DNA of 62,445 nucleotides, filler included, from Globobulimina sp. (taxonomy: Eukaryota), in assembly GCA_003354225.1 (NCBI GenBank). It is 26 parts of 26 records of this genome, joined end to end, with 100 filler letters (N's around TTAATTAATTAA, not from the genome) between each part and the next. Parts side by side here need not be neighbours in the genome. Positions count along the whole stretch, not along the records: positions 36,096 to 38,400 come from PIVH01007501.1; positions 38,501 to 40,805 come from PIVH01007502.1; positions 40,906 to 43,210 come from PIVH01007503.1; positions 43,311 to 45,615 come from PIVH01007504.1; positions 45,716 to 48,020 come from PIVH01007505.1; positions 48,121 to 50,425 come from PIVH01007506.1; 20 more parts are not named here. One strand, given 5' to 3'. The translations under genes and the position numbers were made by a program. Every line of letters starts with the position of its first letter. Position 1 is the first letter of the stretch. A model generated the notes under the pieces. It had not been told where the DNA came from. It saw nothing but the letters and a program-made list of their open reading frames with translations, and searched no databases. Of the stretch, positions 36,457 through 48,395 are shown piece by piece.

Positions 36457-36655
36457 CTTAAAATAACAAAGTTACATACATTAAGTCAACAAAATAATCA
36501 CTTGAAAATCTTACTTAAAATAGACAGAGAAATGCTACAAGAAGAGACAACAAACACCACACTTTGACTACACTCTATCAGTACATAAGTACACAGATAA
36601 ATCAGACACATTGTATCTATAGCCATCAGCAAAAAGTTCTAATTGGTGTAATAAA

Positions 36656-38400
36656 CTATTGGACAAAATGCGAGAATGCCCTGTGGGATAATCCTTTTGT
36701 TAGGTTGACCCTGTTGTCCTTAGAATCAATCAAAATGCCCTCTTTTGCCAGGAGATGTGAAGGCCGGTTTTCTTTTGTCTTGATTTGAATGGAATCAGCA
36801 TTGAATTTATGGGCACGATTACCATTTTCAAGAGTGCAGAAATATCCAAAATTGTGACCAGATTGAGCCATATGAGCATAGAGTGCATTACTTTCTTTTT
36901 CTTTTAAAATCGCATCTGAGTGTTCTTTCAGGCGAATGCGCAGATTTCTTTCAGTTTTCCCAATATAAACCTTATTACAGTCCGAACATTTAATCTGATA
37001 CACCACATTTTTCTCATCATAGAAGTCACATTCAGGAGAATTCTTGGACAAAAGCTGACCCAAAGTACAACATTTCTTGAAAAATACTTGAATATTGAAT
37101 CGGTTGAGAAATAACCTAATCTGTTGAGATAGCTTAGGAACATATGGAAGACCAATTTTTGGGGCCTTTTCATCTAAAGGTTTTCGTTTTGCGCCAATTG
37201 GGTCAAGCTTTGACTGGATAAGAGCAGATGGAAACCCACAATTTTGAAATGCCAAACTTAGATTTTCTTTTTCTTCTATGAGTATCTGATGAGTAGATGA
37301 AATTTGATGAGCCCTTCTGGCTAAACAATGAATTGTGCCAACCTTTTGATTGATTGGTTGACAAGAGTTAAAATGGATGTATCGATTGGAATGGGTAGGT
37401 TTTCGATAAACTTTAATCAAAAGGCCATTAGTTTCGCGATAAAGATCACAATCTAAGAAGGGCAGTCTCTTATTGTCTTCAAATTCGGCCTTAAAATGTA
37501 TTCTTTTTAAATGATCATGAAGATTGAACTGTTCAAAAATTGTCCTCAGTTCATCAATGTTTTCAGCCAACAAAAATATATCATCCACATAACGTGCATA
37601 ATATAGGAGAGAAGTGTTTGTCATCAAAGCCTCATGTTCAAACTCTTCCATGAATAGACCTGCAAGAAAACCAGATAAGGGAGATCCCATCGGCAATCCA
37701 TATGTTTGCTTGTAATAATTTCCATTAAAAGTAAATAGTGTTGCTTCGATACAAATTTGAACAAATCCAACAATTCGACATGCCCGCAACATGGTCTTAT
37801 GATTCCATAAATCAGAATTTTCTTTCAAACGACGTTTTAAAATTTTAATTGCTGTAGGCACATGGACATTGGAAAAAAGTGAGTCAACATCAAATGAAGC
37901 CATACATGTATTTGACCAATCAACTTTAAGGGATTGCAGCTGGGAAATAAAAGATGAGGTGTCTTTAAGATGAGTGGGACGAATACCAAGAAGGGGACTT
38001 AAGATTGTAGCTAAATGAGATGCCAATGGGTGAAAATATGAACCAACACAGCTAACAATAGGTCGAAGTGGACAATTTTCTTTGTGGATTTTGGGTAAAC
38101 CATAGAAATAGGGAGTTTTAGATCGATCAACAGATGGCAAAAGATAATAACGTCTTTCTTTCTTAATTTCCCTGTTGCTGATTGCAACATCCATAAGTAA
38201 TAGCAAATTTTCTCTATTTTTCTTCTGTTGCTTAACAAAATCAACTCGTGAGAGAAGTTCGTATGTTTGCACATCTGAGAGAATATGTTCACATTTGTTA
38301 ATGTATGATTCTGGATCCATCAAAACCGTTTTTTCCCCTTTGTCTGCTTTCATAATTTTAATTTTCTTCTCCTTTACATCTTTCTGTAATGTTTTCACAG
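36656..38400 (-). mobile_element. Penelope-like retroelement ORF: reverse transcriptase + GIY-YIG endonuclease (5' truncated)
   Basis: KADKG, YGLPKIHK..PLRPIVS, SFDVDSLF, GLPMGSPLS, RYVDD, YRKPTH, VVYQIKCSDCNKVYIGKT. Confidence 0.97.
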
Positions 38401-38500
38401 NNNNNNNNNNNNNNNNNNNNNNNNNNNNNNNNNNNNNNNNNNNNTTAATTAATTAANNNNNNNNNNNNNNNNNNNNNNNNNNNNNNNNNNNNNNNNNNNN

Positions 38501-39099
38501 AATATTCGCAAACAATTCCGGTAAGAAACACATTGGGGCAACGATCCACTGATCGAGATATATTATGCAGTCATTTAACAAATTATACATTGAATAAAAA
38601 GAGCCCTTTGTATAAAAACAAGGGTAAAGAAATAAAATGGGCATTGGAAGAGTTTTGGGATATCATTGAGAAATATAATATTAATATTAATGAAGAGGAG
38701 AAGAAAGAAGAAGAAGCCTACAATTTAAAAGAAGATATATTGAGACAGATTGAGGATATTATTATAAATGTATTTAAAATTGGATACAAGAAATTAGATG
38801 AAGGCTTTGGATATAACTTCAGCAATGAACATAAGAATCATGGCCGCTGTTTTGATATTTTAGGAATGGATGTTTTGATTGATGCGAATTATAAGTGCTG
38901 GCTAATGGAATTTAATAGATATCCATCATTGAAATGTGAACATAAAGTTGATAAAAATATAAAATATGATTTATGCAACGATTTATTTAAAATGTTAAAA
39001 ACAAGAATTGTTTGTAATCATACCCATAATATAATGTATCATCATAAAATGCCAATTGTTTTGAATCCAAACGGTACAAAATGGAAAAGAGTCATCTGA
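38501..39099 (+). CDS. Tubulin-tyrosine ligase family (TTLL polyglutamylase-like) C-terminal fragment
   Basis: HLTNYTLNKKS; CFDILGMDVLID..WLMEFNRYPSL. Confidence 0.9.
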
Positions 39100-39382
39100 T
39101 GGAATTGAAATGATGTTAATTTTATAAGTTTCATATTGTTAAATAATTTGAATTTTACCTGTTATCAGTGATGGTTGTTTCAATTATTTAAATCTTTTTA
39201 TTTTTTTTTTTTGTGCAGGAAATACGGTGTTGATATTGAAATGTACTGTCAAACAATAATGTTTTTGAGTCAACCAAACTAACAACTTCAAGCCAACTTC
39301 TTTCTTTTCAGCAAACAAAGTAGGTGCTCTTTTTGACTTTATTTATGTCATATTTTTCTAATTGAATATACTATTTACAGAC

Positions 39383-39440
39383 GAAAGGGTCATTCGGCGT
39401 TATTTGAAAGGGTTATTCGGCGTTATTTGAAAGGGTTATT
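39383..39440. repeat. 23-bp tandem repeat (~2.5 copies)
   Basis: GAAAGGGT(C/T)ATTCGGCGTTATTT repeated upstream of the protease-like ATG. Confidence 0.85.
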
Positions 39441-39475
39441 TGGAAATCAACAAATTTGAAAGAGTTATTTGAAAG

Positions 39476-40684
39476 ATGAGCACGAAATCAACAAATTTTG
39501 CCAGAGTATCAACCGAAATCAATGAACAGTCCGATAGTGAATGTGATATTGATATTAATGTGGAACAAATTCCAGATAATGGGAAAAGTAATATGCCTAA
39601 AGAAAAATTAGCCATTACATTGATTTGTATTTTCTTTTTTTTAGTCACCGTAGCAATTACTTTGGGCGTATTATTTGGTATTTTCGGTTTACATAAAACC
39701 CCCAATCCAAACCGGCCAAAATCATCAATTGAAAAATGTGATAATTTACGTTGTTGCAAATTTAAATCATTAGAAATCGAAGCCGCAGAAATTGATTTCG
39801 ATTGTACATCGTTGCAAATTGAAGAATGCGTATCCAACGACGACGTTTGCGATTGGAATTGCGATTTATCAACACCTTCATTTTTAAATCGCAACTTTTT
39901 ACGTTTCGACCCAGGCATTGGTGCAATGAATGGTGATGCCGGTAATGAGGTGAATGATGACGGTATTGCTGCTGGTGAAGAGTTATCCGAATATCAAGTA
40001 TCTTCCGTAGAAGATTATTTACGGCAAAGTAAAATGTTATCGTATTCAGAATGTGGCGATGTATACGAAGTTGATGAGGATTATACGACTGCCAATGACC
40101 GATTTAATGATATAACACCCTCGCATCTCAGCAAAGGCCCAAATGAAGAGCAAGATGCACGACGAAGATTAATTGTTACTCCTCCGGATGGTCGAGTTCA
40201 ATCGTCTGTTCACGATACGGTACCATATAAATCTGTCGGTTGGTTACTTGCCGACAGTGGCGAGTCTACGTATGCTTGTACAGCTACATTGATATCCAGA
40301 AGAGTTGTAATCACCGCAGCAAGCTGTGTTTATGATAGAAGTGTGAATTCGTTTATGTCCAATTTGAAATTCTTTCCAGATGTTACGTCATGGTCGGACG
40401 TGTCAACAATGTTTAATGATGCTACGTATTTTGAGGGGACTGCAGGCATTGAGGTGCCACCGGCCTACATTGCAAATACTGATCCATACTCAATGATATT
40501 TGATAATTGGGCATTGGTGAGATTATCAACAGCTGATACAGGTGAAGGATGGATACAAATTGGATATGACACTGCTTTAGCCGCACCTTTGGCTGTTACT
40601 GGTATTGGTTATCCCTGGGATAAAGAATTGGCAACGAGATGGGTGCAGTCGTGTAGTACGTTTTCCGCTGTGTATCCGCTATAG
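39476..40684 (+). CDS. Type II membrane trypsin/V8-like serine protease homolog, catalytic His and Asp apparently substituted (3' end probably spliced or truncated)
   Basis: TM at aa ~46-70; PYKSVGWL, CTATLISRRVVITAASC, DNWALVRL, IGYPWDK. Confidence 0.8.
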   Translation: MSTKSTNFARVSTEINEQSDSECDIDINVEQIPDNGKSNMPKEKLAITLICIFFFLVTVAITLGVLFGIFGLHKTPNPNRPKSSIEKCDNLRCCKFKSLEIEAAEIDFDCTSLQIEECVSNDDVCDWNCDLSTPSFLNRNFLRFDPGIGAMNGDAGNEVNDDGIAAGEELSEYQVSSVEDYLRQSKMLSYSECGDVYEVDEDYTTANDRFNDITPSHLSKGPNEEQDARRRLIVTPPDGRVQSSVHDTVPYKSVGWLLADSGESTYACTATLISRRVVITAASCVYDRSVNSFMSNLKFFPDVTSWSDVSTMFNDATYFEGTAGIEVPPAYIANTDPYSMIFDNWALVRLSTADTGEGWIQIGYDTALAAPLAVTGIGYPWDKELATRWVQSCSTFSAVYPL

Positions 40685-40805
40685 TACCTACGTGTGGTCG
40701 TGTAGAACATAGTCTGCTGTGTATCAGCTATGGTACCTACATGCAGTCGTGTAGTACGTGGGTCCGCTGTGTATCCGCTATGGTACCTACGTGCGGTCGT
40801 GTAGT
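40643..40805. repeat. 49-50 bp minisatellite, more than 3 copies, running to the contig end
   Basis: GTGCAGTCGTGTAGTACGT..TCCGCTGTGTATCCGCTATRGTACCTAC repeated. Confidence 0.9.
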
Positions 40806-40905
40806 NNNNNNNNNNNNNNNNNNNNNNNNNNNNNNNNNNNNNNNNNNNNTTAATTAATTAANNNNNNNNNNNNNNNNNNNNNNNNNNNNNNNNNNNNNNN
40901 NNNNN

Positions 40906-43178
40906 TACAATTGACAATCATCAACGCCATACGCAATTTCTGCACTGCCATCGTGTTGTTGATGCAGCTGACCATAGCCTGCTTTTTCTCGTATATTGCT
41001 TACAAATCGCAACAGCAAACCAATTGGAACCAGCAAAGTCAGTCTATAATCTGCAAAGAGACTGCAAAATTAGCCTTTGTGGTGATTTTGTTGGCATTGA
41101 TTGTAGCCGTGATATTATACACTGCTTCCTGGTATTTACGCAATTTGAAATATAAAACATCGCTCAATATGCCATTTAATAACGCGAATCAACGCATTTT
41201 TTGGAGTATATTGGAGTTTTCCGGGTTTTGGTTAATTTTATATCTGACCCGATTAAGGAAGCCAGTGTCGGATAATGATGAGTTTCCGAGCAGAGCGAGC
41301 AAAAATAGTAAATTATTTCTGACGCACGCTTTGTCTGCAAAGCAAAGGAAAAAAGCATTGAAACAATTTAAAATTGAAAAGTTACAGCAACGCAAAAGAG
41401 AATTTCAAGAACGAGAGAAAAAACGAAAATATGTTCAAAGGCCGTCATTCAACACAATATTTATCAAACAAGTGGCCAAATATGAAAAGGAGAAACGATT
41501 AAAGTTAAAATTAATGGCTGAGTTACAACAGAAACACGTCACAAAATCACCCACAAAGTCCATAAACAACACTAAACATTCAGAGCGCGGCAGACATGGC
41601 CAGGTAACACTACATTATGTAACATCAAACACAAATAATATGCATACATAATATATGCATTCACAGAGTGATGGATTGTTGCATATGAGGAGCGATAACA
41701 CGACACAGATACAGCCAGTGTCCGCAACTGCATCGAGGACAGTATCCAGAACACACACATTGGACATAGTGGAAGAAGATGATAATAAAAACGTGAAACT
41801 CTCATTGAATTTAGACTTGCCCGACATGGAAGATGTGGAGATCGAGATGATGGAGACTCCGGTTCCAAGCCATGTGAATAGGACTGAATTGGAACAAATA
41901 TCCACCACACCAATGATAGCCAGGGCCAGCACACAAATGCCAATATCGTCCACACCGACAACGTATGCATTAACACCGAGGCACGGACATCAACAGAAAG
42001 CCATTTCCATTGTCATCACACCCGCCGATCCAGATACGTATGCCGATATAAATAGAAACACATCGCAAAAAAGAAATACTTCAGCGATAAAAGCTACTTT
42101 TTGGAATGAGGCAGAGGGTCACGACTATGACACAGATGAGGACTATGAGAATGTGATTAATAATATTGGATTTATCAGCGCGATGAGGACTAAAATTAGC
42201 GCGGCATTCACGCCACATCCAGACTATGAGAATGAGCAAAAAATAGAATTACAAACGTTCCCAAATGTGCGGGTACTGTCAAGTGACAAAGAGGATGCCC
42301 GCAATTCGGGATTTATGCTGCAGTTTGACGCTGAACGTAAGAAGGAATCAATGACAGTGTCGAGCACGCATAAAAATATTAACTTATTGGACATAACGGA
42401 TGATGAAGAAACCAATGATTTGTCCATTATTGACAGTGATGAACGTAAATCGAATTCTATTGATGAAATAGTGGGGATTTATATGGATGCTTTTGAGGAA
42501 GAGATAAAAGAGAAAGAACATGAATTTCCAGATATAGCTTGTATTAATACTGCAAGCATGAAACAGCAAAGTGGGGATTTCACAGATTTAATGTTTGATA
42601 ATATTCATTTGAAGCCGCGGTTATTGAAACGCTCCCATTCTGCGCCAGATATACGACTAAGAGATAAGATATGGGATCAAGTATTATTTGCATTGAAGGA
42701 AAATAAAAATAATAACAAGTTCTCCATAAAGGAGTCACGAAGGACCAGTATCACTGGCGATTATCCTAAGGATGATTCTCAAATATCACATATGTCGCAG
42801 GTGTCGCATCAAACGCAATTATCATACCATGACATGTCTGAGTTTAATGTGTTCAGTTGGTTTGATAATAAGAAAAAAAACAAGGAAACAAGAAAAAAAG
42901 GAGGAAATCAGATGCATGCCACCAATAATAGGCATTCGTTAGAGATACCAAAGAGTGGCTTCCCCGTTGATATGATACAACAAAATAATAAACCACAAAG
43001 AACCGCTGTTAACGTTGGATTACACAATGAAACTAAAAATAATGATATTGAGAATGAATCGGTGGATGATTTGAGTAAATTAAAAACACATTCAAACGGG
43101 AATAGGAAATTAAAATCGAGAATAAACAGGAAAAACCAAACAAAACAATGGATTAACAATGTTCATCAAGTATTTTGA
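40906..43178 (+). CDS. Multi-TM (GPCR-like) protein C-terminal part with a long low-complexity tail; 63-nt intron 41604-41666
   Basis: Three TM segments; two same-frame ORFs joined by CAG|GTAACA..CACAG|AGT. Confidence 0.7.
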
Positions 43179-43310
43179 TAGTTTCTTGTTTATTACACAC
43201 TTTTTTTATTNNNNNNNNNNNNNNNNNNNNNNNNNNNNNNNNNNNNNNNNNNNNTTAATTAATTAANNNNNNNNNNNNNNNNNNNNNNNNNNNNNNNNNN
43301 NNNNNNNNNN

Positions 43311-44333
43311 TCGGAGTTATCGTACGAAATATAACCCACCGCGTTTGAATAAAAGCAAAACCAATCTGACATGGCATGGTTTGGCAGCGCAACGTTGCCA
43401 GTAACCTGCGAGTATGTGTCCATAAACATAATTTTGGGAATCTCTGGGAATTCATAGTCATCGCCAGTTGCTGCAAATATATCTTTAATATCAATAACAC
43501 CGATTATGCCTTCCTTGCCATCATAGTCTGCAGCATAAATATTCGATGCTGAACCACGCCCAGATAACGCAATAATTAATGCATCAATGTTTTCTAAGTC
43601 CTCTTTGCTTTCATACGAGCTTTGAATTTTGTCCCTCGCTGTTTTAAATATACTCAATATCTCATTCTTTTGTAAGCCAAATTGGTTTTCATTTTGGTCA
43701 TTATGTATTGTTTGAGCCAAATCGTATTTATATTCGTTAATAAATAAATCGAGTATCATTTGTGTGTCTCGTCTGCATCCTGCTAATGGCGGGAAATTTT
43801 TATATTGTGAAATATTGATACTTACAATCAACGGATTTCTAATCACATAGTTAACAGCGTCATCTTCTTCGTCCTGTTGGTCGTATACAATATAAATTGA
43901 ATATAAATATATAACATAATTAACGTACTGTTGGTGCTTTTGATTCTTGTTTGGCTTCCTCTATCCGCGCCAATTGCATTTGTTTTGCCTCCTCGGCCTC
44001 TTTCATCTGCATTGCTTGTCTCATTTTTTCTTCTTCTTCGAATTCTTTGATTGTTTCTTCGTCGTTGATTTGAGTGACATAAATTTTTAGTTTTTTGTTT
44101 AATTTAATGATTTCTTGCACAGCGTCTGATAAATCAGCGAGACAATCAATGTCAGTCTTACAATCATCCTCTTCTTCATCATCATATTCTAATTGGAACC
44201 ATTTCACTTTGCATTTTTTTCGAACAAATTTTCGCAAGTCGGTCAACGAAGTTCGCCCAATGGGTTCTGTTCTCCATTTATACTTCTTTTTCTTGCCAGA
44301 TTTTTCGAAAATAACTGGAATTATTAAAGACAT
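43311..44333 (-). CDS. PB1 domain + caspase-like (p20) domain with a degenerate catalytic dyad; intron 43874-43928; 3' truncated
   Basis: PB1 acidic motif FQLEYDDEEEDD..DLSDA; caspase-like IRNPLIVSINISQY..LAGCRRD..LF, IIALSGRG, IPKIMFMDTY. Confidence 0.75.
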
Positions 44334-44395
44334 TGAAGCTGACTTAGCTGACTCTGACAGCGCGAAAATCTTCAAAAAATTGCTGACTTCAAAAA

Positions 44396-45589
44396 ATGCA
44401 TTGTTTAAGCTTCATATTCAAATTTATGGTATCAATATTAATTTCCAACAGCAAATCAAGCGAATTGAACATATGCATACTGAAACAATGCAAGGAATCA
44501 TTTGACTTTTTTGCATCCAATAATCAGAGAGCTGATGGGATAGTCGACAACGGGGTTGAAGGTTATCATAAATCAATAATACACAATCATTATGAATGGT
44601 TTGTAAACAAAAATGGAGTCAGTACAAATAACACATTATTCGAGTGTTGCGAACCGTTTGTTGAAGCAGCAAAAGCGCAATTATTTGCTGATTCTGATAA
44701 TAATTTACAATTAAAAATACGGCAAACGGGTCATATCTATTGCCTTTACATTAAAAAATTAAACATCAAATTCATACAAACGTCCTGGTTTGATGTCATT
44801 CAATATTATCACCATCAAGATAAAAATTTGTCAATCATCAAAATAGTGTCAGCAAACCAAACAAAACCACTTCAATCTGTTTTACGGAGTCCATCGCAAT
44901 ACCTCTCCGGCTCTGAGAGTACGAGCAGTGTCAGTTTTGATCCTAATATCACTCAAGAATTAGACAATCAAGAAATGGAATATCAGCGAAAAAAATATCA
45001 TAAAATCATAGAATGTTTTGACAATATTTTGTTACTCAGAAAATTAGAAAGAAAAGGAATTATTTCCAGAAATAATACAGGTAATTGTTATTATGGATCA
45101 TTATCAAATAAAAAAAGGATATATTACAGTAACAAACCATCGAATGCTGCAGTAATTGTATTAAATCAACCAATTCCAAGGTCCATTGGTTTTGACACTG
45201 TCACTATGTATTACAAGACAGACAGCACAGATCCGGGAAAGTTAGCGGATATTTTATCCAATCAAACTTGTTTGGATTCATCAGACAAAGGTGTTTGTGT
45301 GACATCAAGCTTCTGGTTAGCTTCGTATCTGTATGGTGCAGACTTACTGTACACTGATTATAATAGCTCGGACGAATGGATTTATTCTCTTACTCTGCAA
45401 TTAAATGTGGTACACAATAAAGCTGTCGAATGTACAACATTTAATATCGATCATTATATATTTAAACAAATACCGAGTAATTCTGTTGAAAAAATTAGGT
45501 CAGCTGTTTGTAAACAGAAATATGTTCAAATTGTTGCATTGGTTGTCAAACGGTACGCGTTGAGCGAAAAGGATATTAGATTAGATTAG
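44396..45589 (+). CDS. Hypothetical protein, possible degenerate ADP-ribosyltransferase-fold C-terminus
   Basis: 397-aa ORF; TMYYKT..DKGVCVTSSFWLASYLY loosely matches the YHGT..GxGxYxT pattern. Confidence 0.5.
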   Translation: MHCLSFIFKFMVSILISNSKSSELNICILKQCKESFDFFASNNQRADGIVDNGVEGYHKSIIHNHYEWFVNKNGVSTNNTLFECCEPFVEAAKAQLFADSDNNLQLKIRQTGHIYCLYIKKLNIKFIQTSWFDVIQYYHHQDKNLSIIKIVSANQTKPLQSVLRSPSQYLSGSESTSSVSFDPNITQELDNQEMEYQRKKYHKIIECFDNILLLRKLERKGIISRNNTGNCYYGSLSNKKRIYYSNKPSNAAVIVLNQPIPRSIGFDTVTMYYKTDSTDPGKLADILSNQTCLDSSDKGVCVTSSFWLASYLYGADLLYTDYNSSDEWIYSLTLQLNVVHNKAVECTTFNIDHYIFKQIPSNSVEKIRSAVCKQKYVQIVALVVKRYALSEKDIRLD

Positions 45590-46033
45590 ATTAGATTAGA
45601 TGAATTTAACATAAANNNNNNNNNNNNNNNNNNNNNNNNNNNNNNNNNNNNNNNNNNNNTTAATTAATTAANNNNNNNNNNNNNNNNNNNNNNNNNNNNN
45701 NNNNNNNNNNNNNNNTAAATGACACTGGAATACAAAACCATGCTTAAATCTGATACAGCACAGTCGAAGTTGTCCACTTCAAATTCTTCCGTGAATTTCA
45801 TAGTGAAATTTTAAGTGCGTTGTATTGACCTTTTATTCCCATCCCAGCTCGCTTATACTCCAAAGTTTCGATATCATTGACCCATATTTACTCTTACTCT
45901 CACTTCCAATGGTAATTCTGATAAATCATAAATATCCTCTGTTACTAATCTGTGCCTTGTTTGACATGCTAACAAGTGGTGGTTAGTGACCACTGACCAG
46001 TGGTAATGTTTTCGAGTGTTAAACATCACAAAT

Positions 46034-46825
46034 TCATATTACATACATTTCCCTTTGTATATCTGACATCGATGTTTGAGGAAATATATTTTCATATTGC
46101 GATCTGGAAATATATGTATAATTCTGCTTCGGTTCATTTCTATATTTTCTTTTCAAAAAAATGCAAGGAAAATAACAACAGCAATAAAACAATAACACAA
46201 CACTCCATGATATGATGAATACTGACGCACTTACAACAATTCCTCTTGCCATTCCACACAAAATTAAAACTGTTGGCATAAACCATACGGAACAGATAAA
46301 TATACAACATGGCGCGCATAGATATTTGCAAAAATGCAACGAGTCATCTATATTATCCTCAATCTGAATGCATTTCCCGCTGCAAATATATACAATGCCA
46401 ATTAATTGTTTACGGCTATATTGATCGTAGATATTTCTTGATAACCTCAGGTCCACACCATTGTATAACCTGTATTCATTTGCAGTGCTTGGCTCTGGCA
46501 CTGCATATTTTATATTGTAATAGTATAAGGTGTCAGTGCCTCCTTCTCCGTCACCAGTCTCTTTGGTCCATTTATTAACTAATAATGCTTTACAATGTGT
46601 TCCTCTAATTCGTAAAGTGCATGCTATGATGATTTGTTTCAGTCCATACACCATCCATATCATTGGCAAACATAAACAGACACCGAATATTAATATATAT
46701 TGATAATTGTTTAATACGCCATCTGTATCTGCAGTATCACTGTCATAATCTGTTGCAAAATACAATGTTTGGTTTGACTCAATTTCAAATATACTCTCCA
46801 AAAACGTTTCTGTGGTGTTTGCCAT
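46034..46825 (-). CDS. Membrane protein (TM, beta-rich loop, 2 TM)
   Basis: 263-aa ORF with three hydrophobic helices. Confidence 0.65.
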   Translation of the reverse strand: MANTTETFLESIFEIESNQTLYFATDYDSDTADTDGVLNNYQYILIFGVCLCLPMIWMVYGLKQIIIACTLRIRGTHCKALLVNKWTKETGDGEGGTDTLYYYNIKYAVPEPSTANEYRLYNGVDLRLSRNIYDQYSRKQLIGIVYICSGKCIQIEDNIDDSLHFCKYLCAPCCIFICSVWFMPTVLILCGMARGIVVSASVFIISWSVVLLFYCCCYFPCIFLKRKYRNEPKQNYTYISRSQYENIFPQTSMSDIQREMYVI

Positions 46826-47017
46826 CAGTCACATAGATGACTAGCTCACTTCAAGAAAATTAATATGGAGGATAAAATTGATATTCTTCTGTCAGAAGAA
46901 GCTGCAAAATAGGCCCTCTACTCGAAGTAGTCAACAATGTTATTACATATTATTATGACACCATTCGAAGATGTATAAATACTGCTCTTTTATATCATTG
47001 ATAAACTTGTGGGATTA

Positions 47018-47101
47018 TTGGGGTATGGTATTTCCATATCTAAACTTTGCATATGTTGCTTTCACTTTGCAAAGTTTAGATGTGGAAATATTATACCCCA
47101 A
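47018..47101. repeat. 84-bp inverted repeat (34-bp arms, 16-nt loop)
   Basis: TTGGGGTATGGTATTTCCATATCTAAACTTTGCA / TGCAAAGTTTAGATGTGGAAATATTATACCCCAA. Confidence 0.9.
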
Positions 47102-47255
47102 ACCGCTTTGTTTTTTCAGGCAGTAAAAGTAAATCAAATTGTACAGCTAATTCACTATCGCCCAATTTCATAAATTGTACAGCTAATTAAAAAAAAAGCA
47201 CAGCAATCACAAAATAACACAAGAAGAATTGTGTAATTTTAATTTCATTTAAGTC

Positions 47256-48020
47256 TTATTTATCCTCAATCATATTTTCTTCCTCATCATCACCACTAAC
47301 ATCTACTTTTTCAAATGCATACAATTCCTTTTTTTGATTCCTACATTTTACCATATAATAAATCATTAAACAACACGCAACCACAAAGAAACATGACACC
47401 GCGGAAACGCCAACATTTAATAATAAATACATTCCATTCCATGTATTATCTAATTTATCTTCAACACCTCTCGATATCTCAGAGATATCGCGTACTTTTG
47501 CAGCTGGTTTTGCTTTCATTGCTGCTTCAATTGCTTGTATTGCCCTAGCATTTGTTGGCAATCCTTGCGTAAATCCATTACTCCCTGGTCCAGCTGCATT
47601 GCATTCCAATATAGAACAAGCACCATAAAATAAGGTATAATCGAACCTAAATTCGACATCAGCAGAACATGCACAATCTGTATTAATTATGTGTGTGAAT
47701 AGAAGATTAATATATGATACAACATACCTGCACAACTATAATATGTATAACTTAATTGTGGATAATCACAGGTTGTTATAACACCGCCGTCGCCATCTAC
47801 TACACATTCATCTGCTACGCTTTCAATATCAAACAACGGAGCTAAACAGTTTGGATCTTCCGCACAATCGCAATATTTGATTCTAAATGAACTACATTCT
47901 GCATTGACACCATTACCATTTGCATCACATTCACACAAATTGTTTCCGTTCGAACAATCGTAACTTTCCGTTGTAAATGACCCGACACAATCATTACTAT
48001 CATAATAATCTACAGAGACG
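47256..48020 (-). CDS. Cys-rich single-pass membrane protein C-terminal part, with one short intron near 47679-47727
   Basis: Cys-rich exons joined by a GTATGT..TACAG intron; C-terminal TM and acidic tail. Confidence 0.6.
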
Positions 48021-48395
48021 NNNNNNNNNNNNNNNNNNNNNNNNNNNNNNNNNNNNNNNNNNNNTTAATTAATTAANNNNNNNNNNNNNNNNNNNNNNNN
48101 NNNNNNNNNNNNNNNNNNNNGGTATTTATGGCAGTTATACAGTATAATTAATATGAACATAAATAAGAATTACATCGATCATGTATCGCCTTTTGCTTTC
48201 ATTTTTTTGTGTTGTTTGCTTTCATTTGATTATTTTTTGTGATTGTGATTCGAGAACATTTTACATGTAAAACATTTTATTTATTTGAATGAGAAAACAT
48301 AATGCTCTCTGATCATCATCATCATCATACTTTTACTTTATTAGATGTAAAAAACTTTTACTTTTATTAAACTTAAAAAACTTTTCCCTGATACA

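Noticed and set aside
45575-45601. (TTAGA)n as a telomere
   Set aside because: Only about 5 units, followed by unique sequence
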